From: an uncultured Nitrospiraceae bacterium
GTDB lineage: Bacteria > Nitrospirota > Nitrospiria > Nitrospirales > Nitrospiraceae
NCBI GenBank assembly: GCA_963706325.1
Contig: CAVPLT010000007.1
Span: 512,001 to 576,000, forward strand
DNA: 64,000 bases
Direction of reading: 5' to 3'
Positions 52,793 through 62,674 of this stretch are shown here, in pieces. The position numbers were made by a program, and so were the translations under genes. The notes beneath the pieces were generated by a model. The model did no database searches, was not told where the DNA came from, and saw only the letters and a program-made list of their open reading frames with translations. Position 1 is the stretch's first letter. Every line of letters starts with the position of its first letter.

Positions 52793-53974
52793 GTGCAGAG
52801 CGAAAAAAAATCTATAGCTTCTGGTACTCACGGAATTACGATCGCGTGCGTCCTGCTGGCAATTGTCACGCTGCCGCTACTCGGCGTGACGCTCGCTGGT
52901 GGAGCGATCCACCATTACCTCGAATTTCCCCCGTTTACGCGCTCAGTCACCCATGAACCATTTTCGTGGGCCATCTTCATCGGGGGGGCTCTGCTAGTGG
53001 CCGCGATGTTCGTTCCGTTTCTGGCGAGGGTGGTGCGAACGATGCGTTACGGGAGCCGAGCGCCGACGGATCGATTCCCTTGGTGGGGTTGGATTGCGAT
53101 CGGCTGGACTTTGCTGGCCTGGTCATTAGCGTGGAGCAGGCTCGGATGGATGGACTCGATTCAAGGGCTGACGTTTACGCCGCTGTGGCTGGGCTTCATC
53201 GTCACGGTCAATGCTTTGACCTTCCGGCGAATCGGCCATTGCATGATGCTGCACCGTCCCCGCTATTTTCTTTCCCTTTTCCCGCTCAGCGCTCTCTTCT
53301 GGTGGTCCTTCGAATATCTCAATCGTTTCGTACAAAACTGGTACTACTTGGGCGGACAAGAATTGACTGCGTGGGAATACCTCTGGCAGGCCACGCTGTC
53401 CTTCTCCACTGTCCTGCCCGCGGTGCTCGGGACAGCTGAATGGTTGAGTACCTATCGGCGGCAGGTGGTGGACTCGGATCCAGGGACGGTCGGCGGGATC
53501 GCAGATCGAGTGGCCTGGGGATGGGGCCTGCTCTGCGCGGCTGCAGCATGCCTCTTGGGTCTCGGTCTGTGGCCCGACTTCCTGTTCTTTTTGGTGTGGG
53601 TTGCTCCACTGCTTCTCATTACCGCACTGCAATGGATTCGACATGAGCCGACCATTTGGGACGATACGCGTCATGAAGGTTGGGGCGTTCTGTGGACCGT
53701 CGCATTCGCGGCGCTACTCTGTGGCTTCTTTTGGGAGCTGTGGAATTTCTACAGCCTGGCTCACTGGGAATATGCCGTGCCGTTCGTGCACCGGTTTCAA
53801 GTGTTCCATATGCCTCTGTTGGGCTATGCCGGCTATCTGCCGTTCGGGTTGGAATGTCTGGCCGTCGCGGACCTGTGCCTGACCAGAAAGTTTTCAGGAG
53901 GTGCGGCCTATTATCGCGCGGCCGGAGGTGGCATCGACTTGGCGCAACGGAAACCGACGGTGGGGGAACGTTGA
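52793..53974 (+). CDS. Polytopic membrane protein of unknown function
   Basis: About ten hydrophobic segments; two related motifs, WWSFEYLNRFVQNWYY and FWELWNFYSLAHWEY. Confidence 0.75.
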   Translation: MQSEKKSIASGTHGITIACVLLAIVTLPLLGVTLAGGAIHHYLEFPPFTRSVTHEPFSWAIFIGGALLVAAMFVPFLARVVRTMRYGSRAPTDRFPWWGWIAIGWTLLAWSLAWSRLGWMDSIQGLTFTPLWLGFIVTVNALTFRRIGHCMMLHRPRYFLSLFPLSALFWWSFEYLNRFVQNWYYLGGQELTAWEYLWQATLSFSTVLPAVLGTAEWLSTYRRQVVDSDPGTVGGIADRVAWGWGLLCAAAACLLGLGLWPDFLFFLVWVAPLLLITALQWIRHEPTIWDDTRHEGWGVLWTVAFAALLCGFFWELWNFYSLAHWEYAVPFVHRFQVFHMPLLGYAGYLPFGLECLAVADLCLTRKFSGGAAYYRAAGGGIDLAQRKPTVGER

Positions 53975-54859
53975 TTTGAGGGCGCACCGCTTCGGGTGGC
54001 CGTCCTCAGCATGATGCGGTGACTCTTCCAAGACCCGCCGCGCAAGCTTTTGTAGCGGCCGCTGGTCGGGCCGGGGGGATTCCGTTCCGGCATGTAGGCG
54101 TAATAGTCAAAGCCGAACCAGTCGTTCACCCATTCTGCGACGTTGCCCGCCATGTGATGCGCGCCGTAATAGCTCTTGCCCGCCTCTCCGCTGCCGACGG
54201 CGGCGAGGATTGGGATTTCATGCACATGATGTTGTCCGAACATGGCTAACGTGCTATCGGGTAGCTGCGGCCCCCACGGAAACAGATTGCCGTCCGGTCC
54301 TCGGGCTGCTTTTTCCCACTCCGCTTCAGTTGGGAGCCGTTTACCGTGCGAACGGCAAAGACCGTCGGCTTCTTTCCATGTGACGTAGAGCGCCGGCCAT
54401 TGCGCCAAGGTTTCATCCGAAACGGAATGGACTGTAATAACGTGCCAAATCAACTTCTGCAGTTCCACTGATGGATGAAGCTTTCGCGCCTGAAGATAAG
54501 CGAGATATTCCGCAAGGCTGACTTCGTCGCGATCGATCTCGTAGGTGTCGAGCCACACGCGGTGCTGCGGCAGTTCGGTGTCATCGAACTGCGTCTCCTT
54601 GCCGTAAGGGTCGTCATCCACGCGCACGCTGCCCAATAAGAATGTGCCTTCAGGGATTCGGATGGTCGGCGAGTTGGCGGCTAGGCTGGTGATCGATGCG
54701 AGATGCTTGGCCAACTCCGGCGTCGGGGCGGGACTGGGCGCGCGCGCGGGCGCTGATATGGCAATGCCGTACCCGGTTGTGGTGAGGAACAGAAGCGCGA
54801 GAGTTGAGCGGCGCGCGATGGACGACCGCGCACGACGAAGCCGGGTGGCCAGGCCTCAT
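53911..54859 (-). CDS. Formylglycine-generating-enzyme (SUMF1/EgtB/PvdO) family exported protein; N-terminus apparently frameshifted
   Basis: KRLPTEAEWEKAARG, MAGNVAEWV, RGGSW and GFRCA. A signal-like segment (ARRSTLALLFLTTTGYGIAISA) is in frame, but the ATG at 54859 is not. Confidence 0.85.
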
Positions 54860-55611
54860 AACTTACTCGGCGAGGAGAGGGCTTTGCCGATCTCGACGAT
54901 GAGCCGACGTTCGATGTCAGCCGTTTCCTCGGCATTCACGGGTGACACCCGTCCGCCCTGAACCAACTTTTCAAAGTCCGCCTTCACGCTCAATCGGGTG
55001 ACGTTCGAGGGCAAGGCTTGAAGCGACACCACGTACTGGTTGCGGAAGCCCGACATTTCCAGCGAGGCAGGGGTGGACACCTTGCGTTCCGTCACAAAGA
55101 CCGCTTTTTGTTCGGTCTTCACGCTGACCCTTACATGGTATCCGTTCCGCGCCAGGGCCTCCTCGGCGGCTTTTCCGACGGCGGCCAATGGACGCGGCAA
55201 ATCCTCAATCTGCGAGGCCTTTTCATCAACGCGAATATTATCCGTGGCTTGGGCTGCCTTGGCAGCGGTCCGCTGGATTTCTCCCGACAACTTTTTCGAT
55301 TCGGCCATCTGGGAGTCGAGTTTCGTGCCGAGCGTCCTGGCTTCCGCCTGCAGCGCTTTCGCCTCCGCCTGGGCGTGTTCCGTCTGCTTCCTCGCGTCTC
55401 GCAGTTCCTGATTGAGCAGATCGATCTGCTGCTGCATGACCTTGTTGCCGTCTTGCAGCGAATTCATAACCGACTCCTGCTTGGCGAGTTGCTTGCGCAG
55501 GCTTTCGTTCTCCTGTCGAAACGGAGACTCGTCCGGTGCGCATCCGACACACCACGATAGTATTGCGAGGCTGAACAGGGGGGTGAGCGATCGCTGGAAG
55601 GCCTTGATCAT
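54856..55611 (-). CDS. Coiled-coil lipoprotein, hypothetical
   Basis: Lipobox CVGC, long heptad coiled coil, C-terminal alpha/beta domain. Confidence 0.75.
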   Translation of the reverse strand: MIKAFQRSLTPLFSLAILSWCVGCAPDESPFRQENESLRKQLAKQESVMNSLQDGNKVMQQQIDLLNQELRDARKQTEHAQAEAKALQAEARTLGTKLDSQMAESKKLSGEIQRTAAKAAQATDNIRVDEKASQIEDLPRPLAAVGKAAEEALARNGYHVRVSVKTEQKAVFVTERKVSTPASLEMSGFRNQYVVSLQALPSNVTRLSVKADFEKLVQGGRVSPVNAEETADIERRLIVEIGKALSSPSKL

Positions 55612-55685
55612 AGTTTAGGTAACACCGCCAGAGGATTACCAGAGTTAGGCCCCCCTTGTCCATCCTGAATCGCGTGACCGACGGT

Positions 55686-55714
55686 TTGACCAGGGTGAGG
55701 CAAGCGGCTATTCT
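55686..55714 (+). promoter_or_regulatory. Putative sigma70 promoter (leaderless)
   Basis: TTGACC-N17-TATTCT ending 6 nt before ATG 55721. Confidence 0.6.
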
Positions 55715-55720
55715 GTCGTC

Positions 55721-56380
55721 ATGTGGTTCTTGCTCGCGCGTGTCGTTGTAGTGAGTGTGGCGCTGTTTCAACCGCTGTCATACGCGATGGGCGCTGGGGA
55801 AGCGCCGGAGCAGGTTGGATCTGTGCCGGACGATGAGTATCCGTTCTACGATGTGGCGGTCGATGCGAAGTTCCTCACCTCGCAGACACGATTGATCATC
55901 CTCGAACGGATGACCACGACGCGACTTCTTCCTGACCAAGAGGCAGCGCCCACGGCAACCTGGTTCACCGAGCAGGGGTGGTTCGATAATCGATTGCCGC
56001 AGGATCTCATACGTGATTTTGTCCTCAAGAACCAACATTCGTCACGATTGAATGGGCGATTTTCCTTTGGTGTTCGTTACCGGTTTGTGTCCGGGGAGGG
56101 CGTGCCGGAGACCGAGGCGGCGCTTGCCGTCATTCCGGTCGCCTGGTCGGTCCAGGATCTGGAAGGAGACCTGGACACGGTCGACCGGCTGGCCTTCTCT
56201 CGGGTGGGGCGGACGTTGCGCGGGGACCAGGCGCTGCTGTATGTGGCGAATCCCCGTCGGGATGGAACCGGGGCTGGTTTTCTGCTGTGGCTCCAGCGCC
56301 GGCAGGCCATCTGGGAGGTGAAGGACACTGAAGTGGTCTGGGTCGCACACATCAAACAAAGCCCGGATGGAGCGCCATAA
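55721..56380 (+). CDS. Exported hypothetical protein
   Basis: Signal peptide; 219-aa ORF with a C-terminal FSRVG...QALLYV pattern. Confidence 0.7.
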   Translation: MWFLLARVVVVSVALFQPLSYAMGAGEAPEQVGSVPDDEYPFYDVAVDAKFLTSQTRLIILERMTTTRLLPDQEAAPTATWFTEQGWFDNRLPQDLIRDFVLKNQHSSRLNGRFSFGVRYRFVSGEGVPETEAALAVIPVAWSVQDLEGDLDTVDRLAFSRVGRTLRGDQALLYVANPRRDGTGAGFLLWLQRRQAIWEVKDTEVVWVAHIKQSPDGAP

Positions 56381-56435
56381 CGAGCGCGCCGCTGCGTCAT
56401 GCACGGCGCCGGGTCATTGAGTGTAAGGAGCGCTC

Positions 56436-57065
56436 GTGATTCGAAAAACGTTTTCAGTGCCGCCACTCGGCTGTAACTGTTCGATCATCGGAGACCCGGT
56501 GACCAAACAGGCGATCGTAGTGGATCCGGGCGGGGCACCGGAACGTATTCTGCAGGAGGTACGCGCGTTGGGCCTGACGGTCGTCAGCATTCTCCATACC
56601 CATGCGCACTTCGATCATTTTCTGGCCTCCGGCGCGATGAAGCAGGCGACCGGCGCGGCGCTTTGTCTGCATCCTGATGATCTTCCGCTCTGGGACCTCC
56701 TGGAGACGCAATGCCAGATGTTCGGAGTACCCTATGTGCCGGCGCCTCCCCCGGATTACTGGCTTACCGATGAGGAACGGCTGAAGATCGGCGAAATGGA
56801 CGCGGTTGCGCTGCACACACCGGGTCATACACCCGGGTCCATGTGTTTTCATTTTCCCTCGGCCAAGCTGGTGCTGGCCGGGGACACATTGTTTCGTGGC
56901 GGAATCGGCCGCACCGACTTGTGGGGCGGAGATTTTGATGCCATCGAGCAATCCATCAAAGAACGCCTCTACACACTCGATACGGAAACAGCTGTAGTGA
57001 CCGGGCATGGAGCTGAGACAGAGATCGGAAGGGAGCGCGAGACGAATTCATTTGTACGAGCCTGA
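56436..57065 (+). CDS. MBL-fold metallohydrolase (glyoxalase II/YcbL-like)
   Basis: THAHFDH, HTPGHTPG, GDTLF..GIGRTD and GHG. Confidence 0.93.
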   Translation: MIRKTFSVPPLGCNCSIIGDPVTKQAIVVDPGGAPERILQEVRALGLTVVSILHTHAHFDHFLASGAMKQATGAALCLHPDDLPLWDLLETQCQMFGVPYVPAPPPDYWLTDEERLKIGEMDAVALHTPGHTPGSMCFHFPSAKLVLAGDTLFRGGIGRTDLWGGDFDAIEQSIKERLYTLDTETAVVTGHGAETEIGRERETNSFVRA

Positions 57066-57110
57066 GCCGCCGGCTGCCTCACGGAGCTGACGCCATCATA
57101 GGAGGACACC

Positions 57111-57617
57111 ATGAGCGCGATGACACGGCGGTGGTTGGCTGTTCCGCTCCTCTCATTACTGGTGGCACTACCTGCGTCGGCTCTAGGCGAAGACAGTGAA
57201 AATGCCCCCCTCGTGACGATAGGGGACGTGCGAGTCCGGCTTTCCGATCATGGCCCGGTGGTGTTGCTTTCGGCGGAAGGCAAAACGATCCCTATCTTTG
57301 TCGACCACACGGTGGCAGCCTCGATTCAGGGGGCCCTGACCGGCGAGAAGTTGCCCCGCCCTCTGTCGCATGACCTCATGCATACCATTATCGAGACACT
57401 CGGCGGCCGTGTGACTAAGACGGTCATTACGCTCAAGGCGGGAACCTATTACGGCAGTTTGACGATTGCGTTCCAGGGGCAGGAAAAAGTTTTCGATAGC
57501 CGATCCTCAGACTCCATCGCGTTGGCCATTCATTTCAAGGCGTCCATTCTTGTGGACCGGGCGGTGCTGAACGCCGCAGGCATGCCGATTCCAGATTCCA
57601 AACCGCAAACTCTGTAA
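57111..57617 (+). CDS. Bifunctional nuclease (DUF151/BFN) family protein with signal peptide
   Basis: IPIFV, PRPLSHDL and FDSRSSDSIALA; N-terminal signal RRWLAVPLLSLLVALPASA. Confidence 0.85.
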   Translation: MSAMTRRWLAVPLLSLLVALPASALGEDSENAPLVTIGDVRVRLSDHGPVVLLSAEGKTIPIFVDHTVAASIQGALTGEKLPRPLSHDLMHTIIETLGGRVTKTVITLKAGTYYGSLTIAFQGQEKVFDSRSSDSIALAIHFKASILVDRAVLNAAGMPIPDSKPQTL

Positions 57618-57769
57618 GCGGGTTTCTGAGCGGTTTAACCCTGCTGTGATGCTTGCCGGCGGTTTCTTGCGAGGAAGCGGTGAATTCTGGCGTTTTGTAG
57701 GATTTTGACCTATCGTACGCATGAGACGCGGTAAGGCATGGTCGGGCGTACGGAGAGTAATGTCACGGC

Positions 57770-58093
57770 ATGAAGAATAAACGAAAACACGAGCGGGTCC
57801 GCGTTCAGTTCCGCAGTCATTTTTCGATGAAGGGCAAGATGCTGGCCGGGGACGGTGATTTGACCGATTTGTCTCCAGGCGGCTGTCGTATTCTCAGCTC
57901 GGTCTCAGTCTTACCTGGAGCTGAAGTAGAACTGTGCATCTTTCCTGGCGATGACGCGAACCCCATTATGATTGATGGCGCCACCGTGCGCTGGTGCCAA
58001 CCGAATGCCTTCGGCTTATCCTTCACGAAGATTCGCGGCCCGGTCCAGCGTCAGCTTACTGACGTGTGGCGCAAGCTCGCGACCCCTGTCTGA
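57770..58093 (+). CDS. PilZ domain protein (c-di-GMP receptor)
   Basis: RKHER (RxxxR), DLSPGG (D/NxSxxG) and VRW...FGLSF. Confidence 0.9.
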   Translation: MKNKRKHERVRVQFRSHFSMKGKMLAGDGDLTDLSPGGCRILSSVSVLPGAEVELCIFPGDDANPIMIDGATVRWCQPNAFGLSFTKIRGPVQRQLTDVWRKLATPV

Positions 58094-58282
58094 CCTCTTT
58101 CCCTGACATGACTGTGATGCTGCCTCTTGCCGCCTGCGTCCGCTGTCTTGTCGCTCAAGATGGCATAGGTCTGTAGCGCGTAAATTCCTGTCTGCAGGAT
58201 CATGAATAGAGCGGACCGCTGAAGATTGTGAAGCGGCGTGTGAATTACAGCGCTGGCTGACTCACGATGTGCAACACTGGGG

Positions 58283-59272
58283 CTATATCTTCATCGCGTC
58301 GCGGACTTCGGCCATGGTGCCGGCCGCAACAGCGCTGGCTCGGCGGCGGCCATCTTCGACGATATCGTTCAGATGCGCGGGGTTCTGGGTCAGCGTGGCG
58401 CGGGCGTCCCACATGGGCGAGAGGCGTTCGACCACTCGGTCGGCTACCAACTTTTTGCAGTCGATACAGCCGATGGCAGCCGTGCGACAGTCTCGATTGA
58501 CTTGTTCGATGACCGGCAGCGGCGAAAATATCTTGTGAAAATCATAGACGGGGCACACGTCTGGATTACCCGGGTCGGTGCGGCGCACGCGGGCCGGATC
58601 GGTGATCATGGTCTTGAGCTTCTGCCGCACGACCGGTTCTGTATCGGACAGATTGATGGCATTGCCGTAACTCTTGCTCATTTTGCGTCCGTCCGTGCCC
58701 AGGACTTTAGGGAACTTGGTGAGAAGTTCCTGTGGGTCTGGAAAGACGGAGCGATAGAGGTTGTTGAATCGGCGCGCGAGTTCGCGGGTGAGCTCGAGAT
58801 GGGGGAGTTGGTCTTTGCCGACCGGCACGGAATCGGGCTTATAGAGGAGAATGTCCGCGGCCTGCAGGACAGGGTATCCGAGAAAGCCATAGGTGCTGAG
58901 GTCGCGTTCCTTGATCTCCGCCTGCTTTTCCTTATACGTCGGGTTGCGCTCCAGCCACGATACCGGAATAATCATCGAGAACAGCAAATGCAGGATAGCG
59001 TGGTCCGGCACTTGCGACTGGACGAACACCGTGGCGCGCTTCGGGTCGATGCCGGCTGCAAGCCAGTCGATGAGCAATTCCCGCACAAACTCCCGGATCC
59101 GACTGGTGTCGGCGTAATTGGAAGACAGCGCGTGCCAATCGGCTACGAAGAAGAAACACTCGTATTCTTCCTGCAGCTCGTTCCAATTTTCCAGCGCACC
59201 TAGCCAGTTGCCAAGATGCAGCAGGCCACTCGGCTGCATTCCGCTGAGAACCCGCTTTCGACCCGTCGTCAT
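58283..59272 (-). CDS. trpS: Tryptophan--tRNA ligase
   Basis: SGMQPSG.LHLGN, YPVLQAADIL, VPVGKDQ and KMSKS. Confidence 0.97.
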   Translation of the reverse strand: MTTGRKRVLSGMQPSGLLHLGNWLGALENWNELQEEYECFFFVADWHALSSNYADTSRIREFVRELLIDWLAAGIDPKRATVFVQSQVPDHAILHLLFSMIIPVSWLERNPTYKEKQAEIKERDLSTYGFLGYPVLQAADILLYKPDSVPVGKDQLPHLELTRELARRFNNLYRSVFPDPQELLTKFPKVLGTDGRKMSKSYGNAINLSDTEPVVRQKLKTMITDPARVRRTDPGNPDVCPVYDFHKIFSPLPVIEQVNRDCRTAAIGCIDCKKLVADRVVERLSPMWDARATLTQNPAHLNDIVEDGRRRASAVAAGTMAEVRDAMKI

Positions 59273-59366
59273 GCAGTCACTCCTGTTTCCTGAAGATGGC
59301 CATCCAGCGGGCTGTCGTGAGTCGATATTCCTTTGACCGCTACCAATCGCGTGTCTGAGTTGTGTG

Positions 59367-61364
59367 CTATTGGTCCAGCCAGACGAATTTGCCTTGCTTG
59401 ACTTGAATGAGGAACACTCGGCGATTCAGGGTGCCGTCAGGGTTGAATCCGCTGGGGCCGCTCAACGCCGGGAGATCATGCTGCATCATTAAATAGTCGC
59501 GGATGGCCTCGCCGGTGGTCGCGCCACGCTTGATCGCTTCCACTACCAGTCTCGCGGCGTCATACCCTTGCGCGGCGAACAGCGAAGGCGTGGCTTGAAA
59601 TCGTTTGCGATACCGCTCCACGAACTCCTGCACCACCGGACTGGAGCTGTCGGCAAAAAACCCGTCGACAAAGACGCTGCCCTCAATGCTGCGGTCGGCG
59701 ACGCGCGCGAAGTCTGGCGTGTTCCACCCATTGGCGCCAAGGAGGGGAACGGCGATATCGTGGAAGGTGAGCTGAGCCGCGAGAAGGCCCACATCCAGCG
59801 AGCGCCCGGGGATGAATACCGCGTCGAATCCCGGTGAATAGAGGATACGCTTGGTCTTCTTGCCCCCCTTTTGCGGAGCGGGTTTTGCCGGATCATTCGC
59901 AATCGGCACTTCGAGGCCGTATTTCTTCAGATCCTCAGCCTTCACCTTGGCGATCACGGCGCGGAAGTCTGTATCGCCCTCCTTGTAGGCTTCGGTGGCG
60001 ATGATCTCTCCCTCCTCCTGGCGGATTTCTTGCGTGAAGAGGCGTGTCAGCTCGCGGCCGTAGGCTGTATCGGGATAGAGAATCACCAGTCGCTTGTACT
60101 GTTGATCACGGACCGCATAATCCGCCACACGCCTGGCCTGCTGCCCGTATGTCAGGGCCGTACTGAAGACGTAATTGCCGAGTCGTCGAGGGTTCGTCAC
60201 GGTTGCGCTGGGCGTGATGAGCGGGATATGCGTTCGTTCAGCCAGCTCAGCCATGACCGGGAGATTTTTCGACAGTAATGGACCGATGACCGCAAGGGGG
60301 CGATCGTCAGTCAACAAGGTAGAAAGTTCGTCCAGAAAAGCCGCGCGTTCGGATTCCATGTCCTTGACGATGAGGCCCACCGATGGGGCACCCTCTCCGT
60401 CTTTCGAGCGCTCCAATGCGAGTTGAATTCCGTTCAGCACCTCGGTACCAAATGGCGCCAGCTTGCCGGACATGGGAAAAATGGCGGCGATGGAGTAGGG
60501 GTGGGACTTAAACTTCGTCCGCATCACCGCTTGTAAATCGGCGGCTTTGCCGGCATACGAGTGGTAGGGGAAGCGGCTTAAGAACAATCGCAGGTCCCGC
60601 TCGACGAGATGGTCCTCGCCGGCGGCGTGGTGGAGTTCGATCAGCTTGATAGAGGCTAAATCTCCCGGGAACGTTTTCGGGTAGGCTTCACGCACTCGGG
60701 TAAGAGCCGGAATATCCAGCTTTTCATTAACTAGTTCTCGAATCTGGGCCTCCGTTTCGCGCGCCTGTTCCCCGCTGTCCAAAGGGAGCTCGTCTAGCCA
60801 CGCTTGAATGGCTCGGGTAAAATCTTTCTTCTGAGCCTGGAATTCTCCCGTCAGCCGCAGGGCCTCCCGTTTGGTATTGGGATCGGCGGAGAGGCTGCGG
60901 ATTTCGGAAAGCAGGGGGAGCGCTAAATCGAGGTTACCGGCCCGGGCGTGGGTTCTGGCGAGAAGAAGTTTGGCTCGATCGACCAGTTCCGACGTGGGAA
61001 ACTCTGCGATCAGCTGATTAATGTAACGGATGGTCTCCGCCTGCTCCTTCATCCCGAACATGGCGGCGGCCATCAAGAGATAGCCATCATCCAGGAGGTC
61101 CGGCGGCGGGCCGCCTTCAATGAATCGTCGCAGCATGACCGCCGCCGCTTCAGGTTGCTCGGCGTCGATCAGCCGTTTAGCTTGATCGAGCGCGGCCTGG
61201 CCGGCGCTGGTGGGCGATTTGGTCTGACCGGAACGGGGCGCTGGTGGAGCGTTGGGTGCCGGAGCTGCATCGCCGGATGTGACGAGGCCCGCAAGGCACG
61301 CCACCGTCAGGGCGACCACGCACGCACGGAGCTGCGAGGCTCGGGATGCTGATCGAAAAACCAT
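59367..61364 (-). CDS. LpoA-like penicillin-binding protein activator (TPR + periplasmic binding fold)
   Basis: Signal peptide, N-terminal TPR helices, IFPMSG, VIGPL and AAQGYDA. Confidence 0.8.
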   Translation of the reverse strand: MVFRSASRASQLRACVVALTVACLAGLVTSGDAAPAPNAPPAPRSGQTKSPTSAGQAALDQAKRLIDAEQPEAAAVMLRRFIEGGPPPDLLDDGYLLMAAAMFGMKEQAETIRYINQLIAEFPTSELVDRAKLLLARTHARAGNLDLALPLLSEIRSLSADPNTKREALRLTGEFQAQKKDFTRAIQAWLDELPLDSGEQARETEAQIRELVNEKLDIPALTRVREAYPKTFPGDLASIKLIELHHAAGEDHLVERDLRLFLSRFPYHSYAGKAADLQAVMRTKFKSHPYSIAAIFPMSGKLAPFGTEVLNGIQLALERSKDGEGAPSVGLIVKDMESERAAFLDELSTLLTDDRPLAVIGPLLSKNLPVMAELAERTHIPLITPSATVTNPRRLGNYVFSTALTYGQQARRVADYAVRDQQYKRLVILYPDTAYGRELTRLFTQEIRQEEGEIIATEAYKEGDTDFRAVIAKVKAEDLKKYGLEVPIANDPAKPAPQKGGKKTKRILYSPGFDAVFIPGRSLDVGLLAAQLTFHDIAVPLLGANGWNTPDFARVADRSIEGSVFVDGFFADSSSPVVQEFVERYRKRFQATPSLFAAQGYDAARLVVEAIKRGATTGEAIRDYLMMQHDLPALSGPSGFNPDGTLNRRVFLIQVKQGKFVWLDQ

Positions 61365-61406
61365 TAACTCCTGGGCATGGCGGACAGTGTCGCCGCGATT
61401 GAGGCT

Positions 61407-61435
61407 ACTATAGGAAACAGGTTCAGGGGTGTCAA
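61407..61435 (-). promoter_or_regulatory. Putative sigma70 promoter for the LpoA-like gene
   Basis: TTGACA-N17-TATAGT on the minus strand. Confidence 0.65.
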
Positions 61436-61490
61436 GGTAAGTCGAGGATGCGTTGTGTTCGAACAGGGGCTTGGTTATAGTCGCATCCGC

Positions 61491-62543
61491 ATGCCATGGC
61501 CGCCACCGGTGAGTATCTTGACGATGAACCGTGATCCCAAGAAGTGTACGTCACTCGCGTCGGATCCGCTTCCGTTGGGGGAATTTATCGAACGATACTG
61601 GGACCATTTGCGGATTGCTCGCGGGTTGTCGCGCAACACGGTGCTGGCGTATCGGCGAGATATCGGCACCTTTCAGCGGTATCTTCGCGATCATGATGTG
61701 CAGGATGCGTGCGCAGTGACACCGCCGCTCCTCTCCGGATTTTTAGAGCACTTGCATCGATCCGGATTGGCCTCTTCGTCCCGCGCCCGATCGCTGGCAG
61801 CGGTTCGAAGCCTGTTCCGCTTCCTGAAGCAGGAGGGAAAGGTCACGGCGAATCCGACGGTGAGCTTACGCAGCACTTCGCGCGCGCGACGGCTGCCTAA
61901 AACCCTCAGCATGGAAGATGTGACGCGTCTCTTAGAGGTGCCGCTTCGTCCGACGCCGGAGGACAGCCGCGATCGCGCGATGGTAGAACTGCTCTATGCG
62001 GCGGGTTTGCGGGTATCCGAATTGATCTCCCTTCGAATCGATCAGTGCAATCTTGAAGTCGGATATGTCGGCATCACGGGCAAAGGGGACAAACAGCGGG
62101 TCGTCCCAATCGGCCGTCCTGCAGTCAAGCTCATGCAAGAGTATGTATTGAGTGCACGACAGGTCCTCTTGAAGCAACGCGGTTCACCATTCGTTTTTGT
62201 GACACGCCGCGGCGCACCGATCACCCGACAGGGATTCTGGAAACTGCTCCGCGCCCGCGGCCAACGAGCTGGAATCGCCAGAATTCCTTCGCCGCACATG
62301 CTGCGCCATTCATTTGCCACGCATCTGTTGCAAGGGGGCGCGGATTTGCGATCCGTCCAAGCGATGTTGGGACATGTGGACATTGCGACGACACAAATTT
62401 ATACGCATGTGGATTCATCGCAGTTGAAAAAAGTCCACACTGCGTGTTTTCCACGCAACAAGTCCCGTTCCGTGAGCGACGATCGTGCTGCCCGCTCATT
62501 CATCGACGTAGACTCTCGCCTCCGGTACACGATTCTGTGTTGA
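61491..62543 (+). CDS. xerD: Site-specific tyrosine recombinase XerD (start uncertain)
   Basis: RGLSRNT, RDRAMVELLYAAGLRVSEL, GKGDKQR, TRQGFW and HMLRHSFATHLL..GADLRSVQAMLGH..TTQIYTHV. Confidence 0.92.
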   Translation: MPWPPPVSILTMNRDPKKCTSLASDPLPLGEFIERYWDHLRIARGLSRNTVLAYRRDIGTFQRYLRDHDVQDACAVTPPLLSGFLEHLHRSGLASSSRARSLAAVRSLFRFLKQEGKVTANPTVSLRSTSRARRLPKTLSMEDVTRLLEVPLRPTPEDSRDRAMVELLYAAGLRVSELISLRIDQCNLEVGYVGITGKGDKQRVVPIGRPAVKLMQEYVLSARQVLLKQRGSPFVFVTRRGAPITRQGFWKLLRARGQRAGIARIPSPHMLRHSFATHLLQGGADLRSVQAMLGHVDIATTQIYTHVDSSQLKKVHTACFPRNKSRSVSDDRAARSFIDVDSRLRYTILC

Positions 62544-62568
62544 CAGTGCTTTATGGAGTTGATAGCAT
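62540..62568 (+). promoter_or_regulatory. Putative sigma70 promoter of the tRNA genes
   Basis: TTGACA-N17-TAGCAT, 30 nt upstream of tRNA-Val; overlaps the xerD stop codon. Confidence 0.6.
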
Positions 62569-62598
62569 CCCAAAAATCTGCCGGGATCCAGAAAAAAC

Positions 62599-62674
62599 GG
62601 GCGGATAGCTCAATTGGGAGAGCGCTGCCCTTACAAGGCAGAGGTCACAGGTTCGATCCCTGTTCCGCCTACCA
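62599..62674 (+). tRNA. tRNA-Val (TAC)
   Basis: Cloverleaf: acceptor GGGCGGA/TCCGCCT, anticodon arm CTGCC-CTTACAA-GGCAG, GGTTCGATCC, encoded CCA. Confidence 0.97.

Noticed and set aside
59273..59366. T-box leader for trpS
   Set aside because: The gap is only 94 bp and lacks the T-box consensus.
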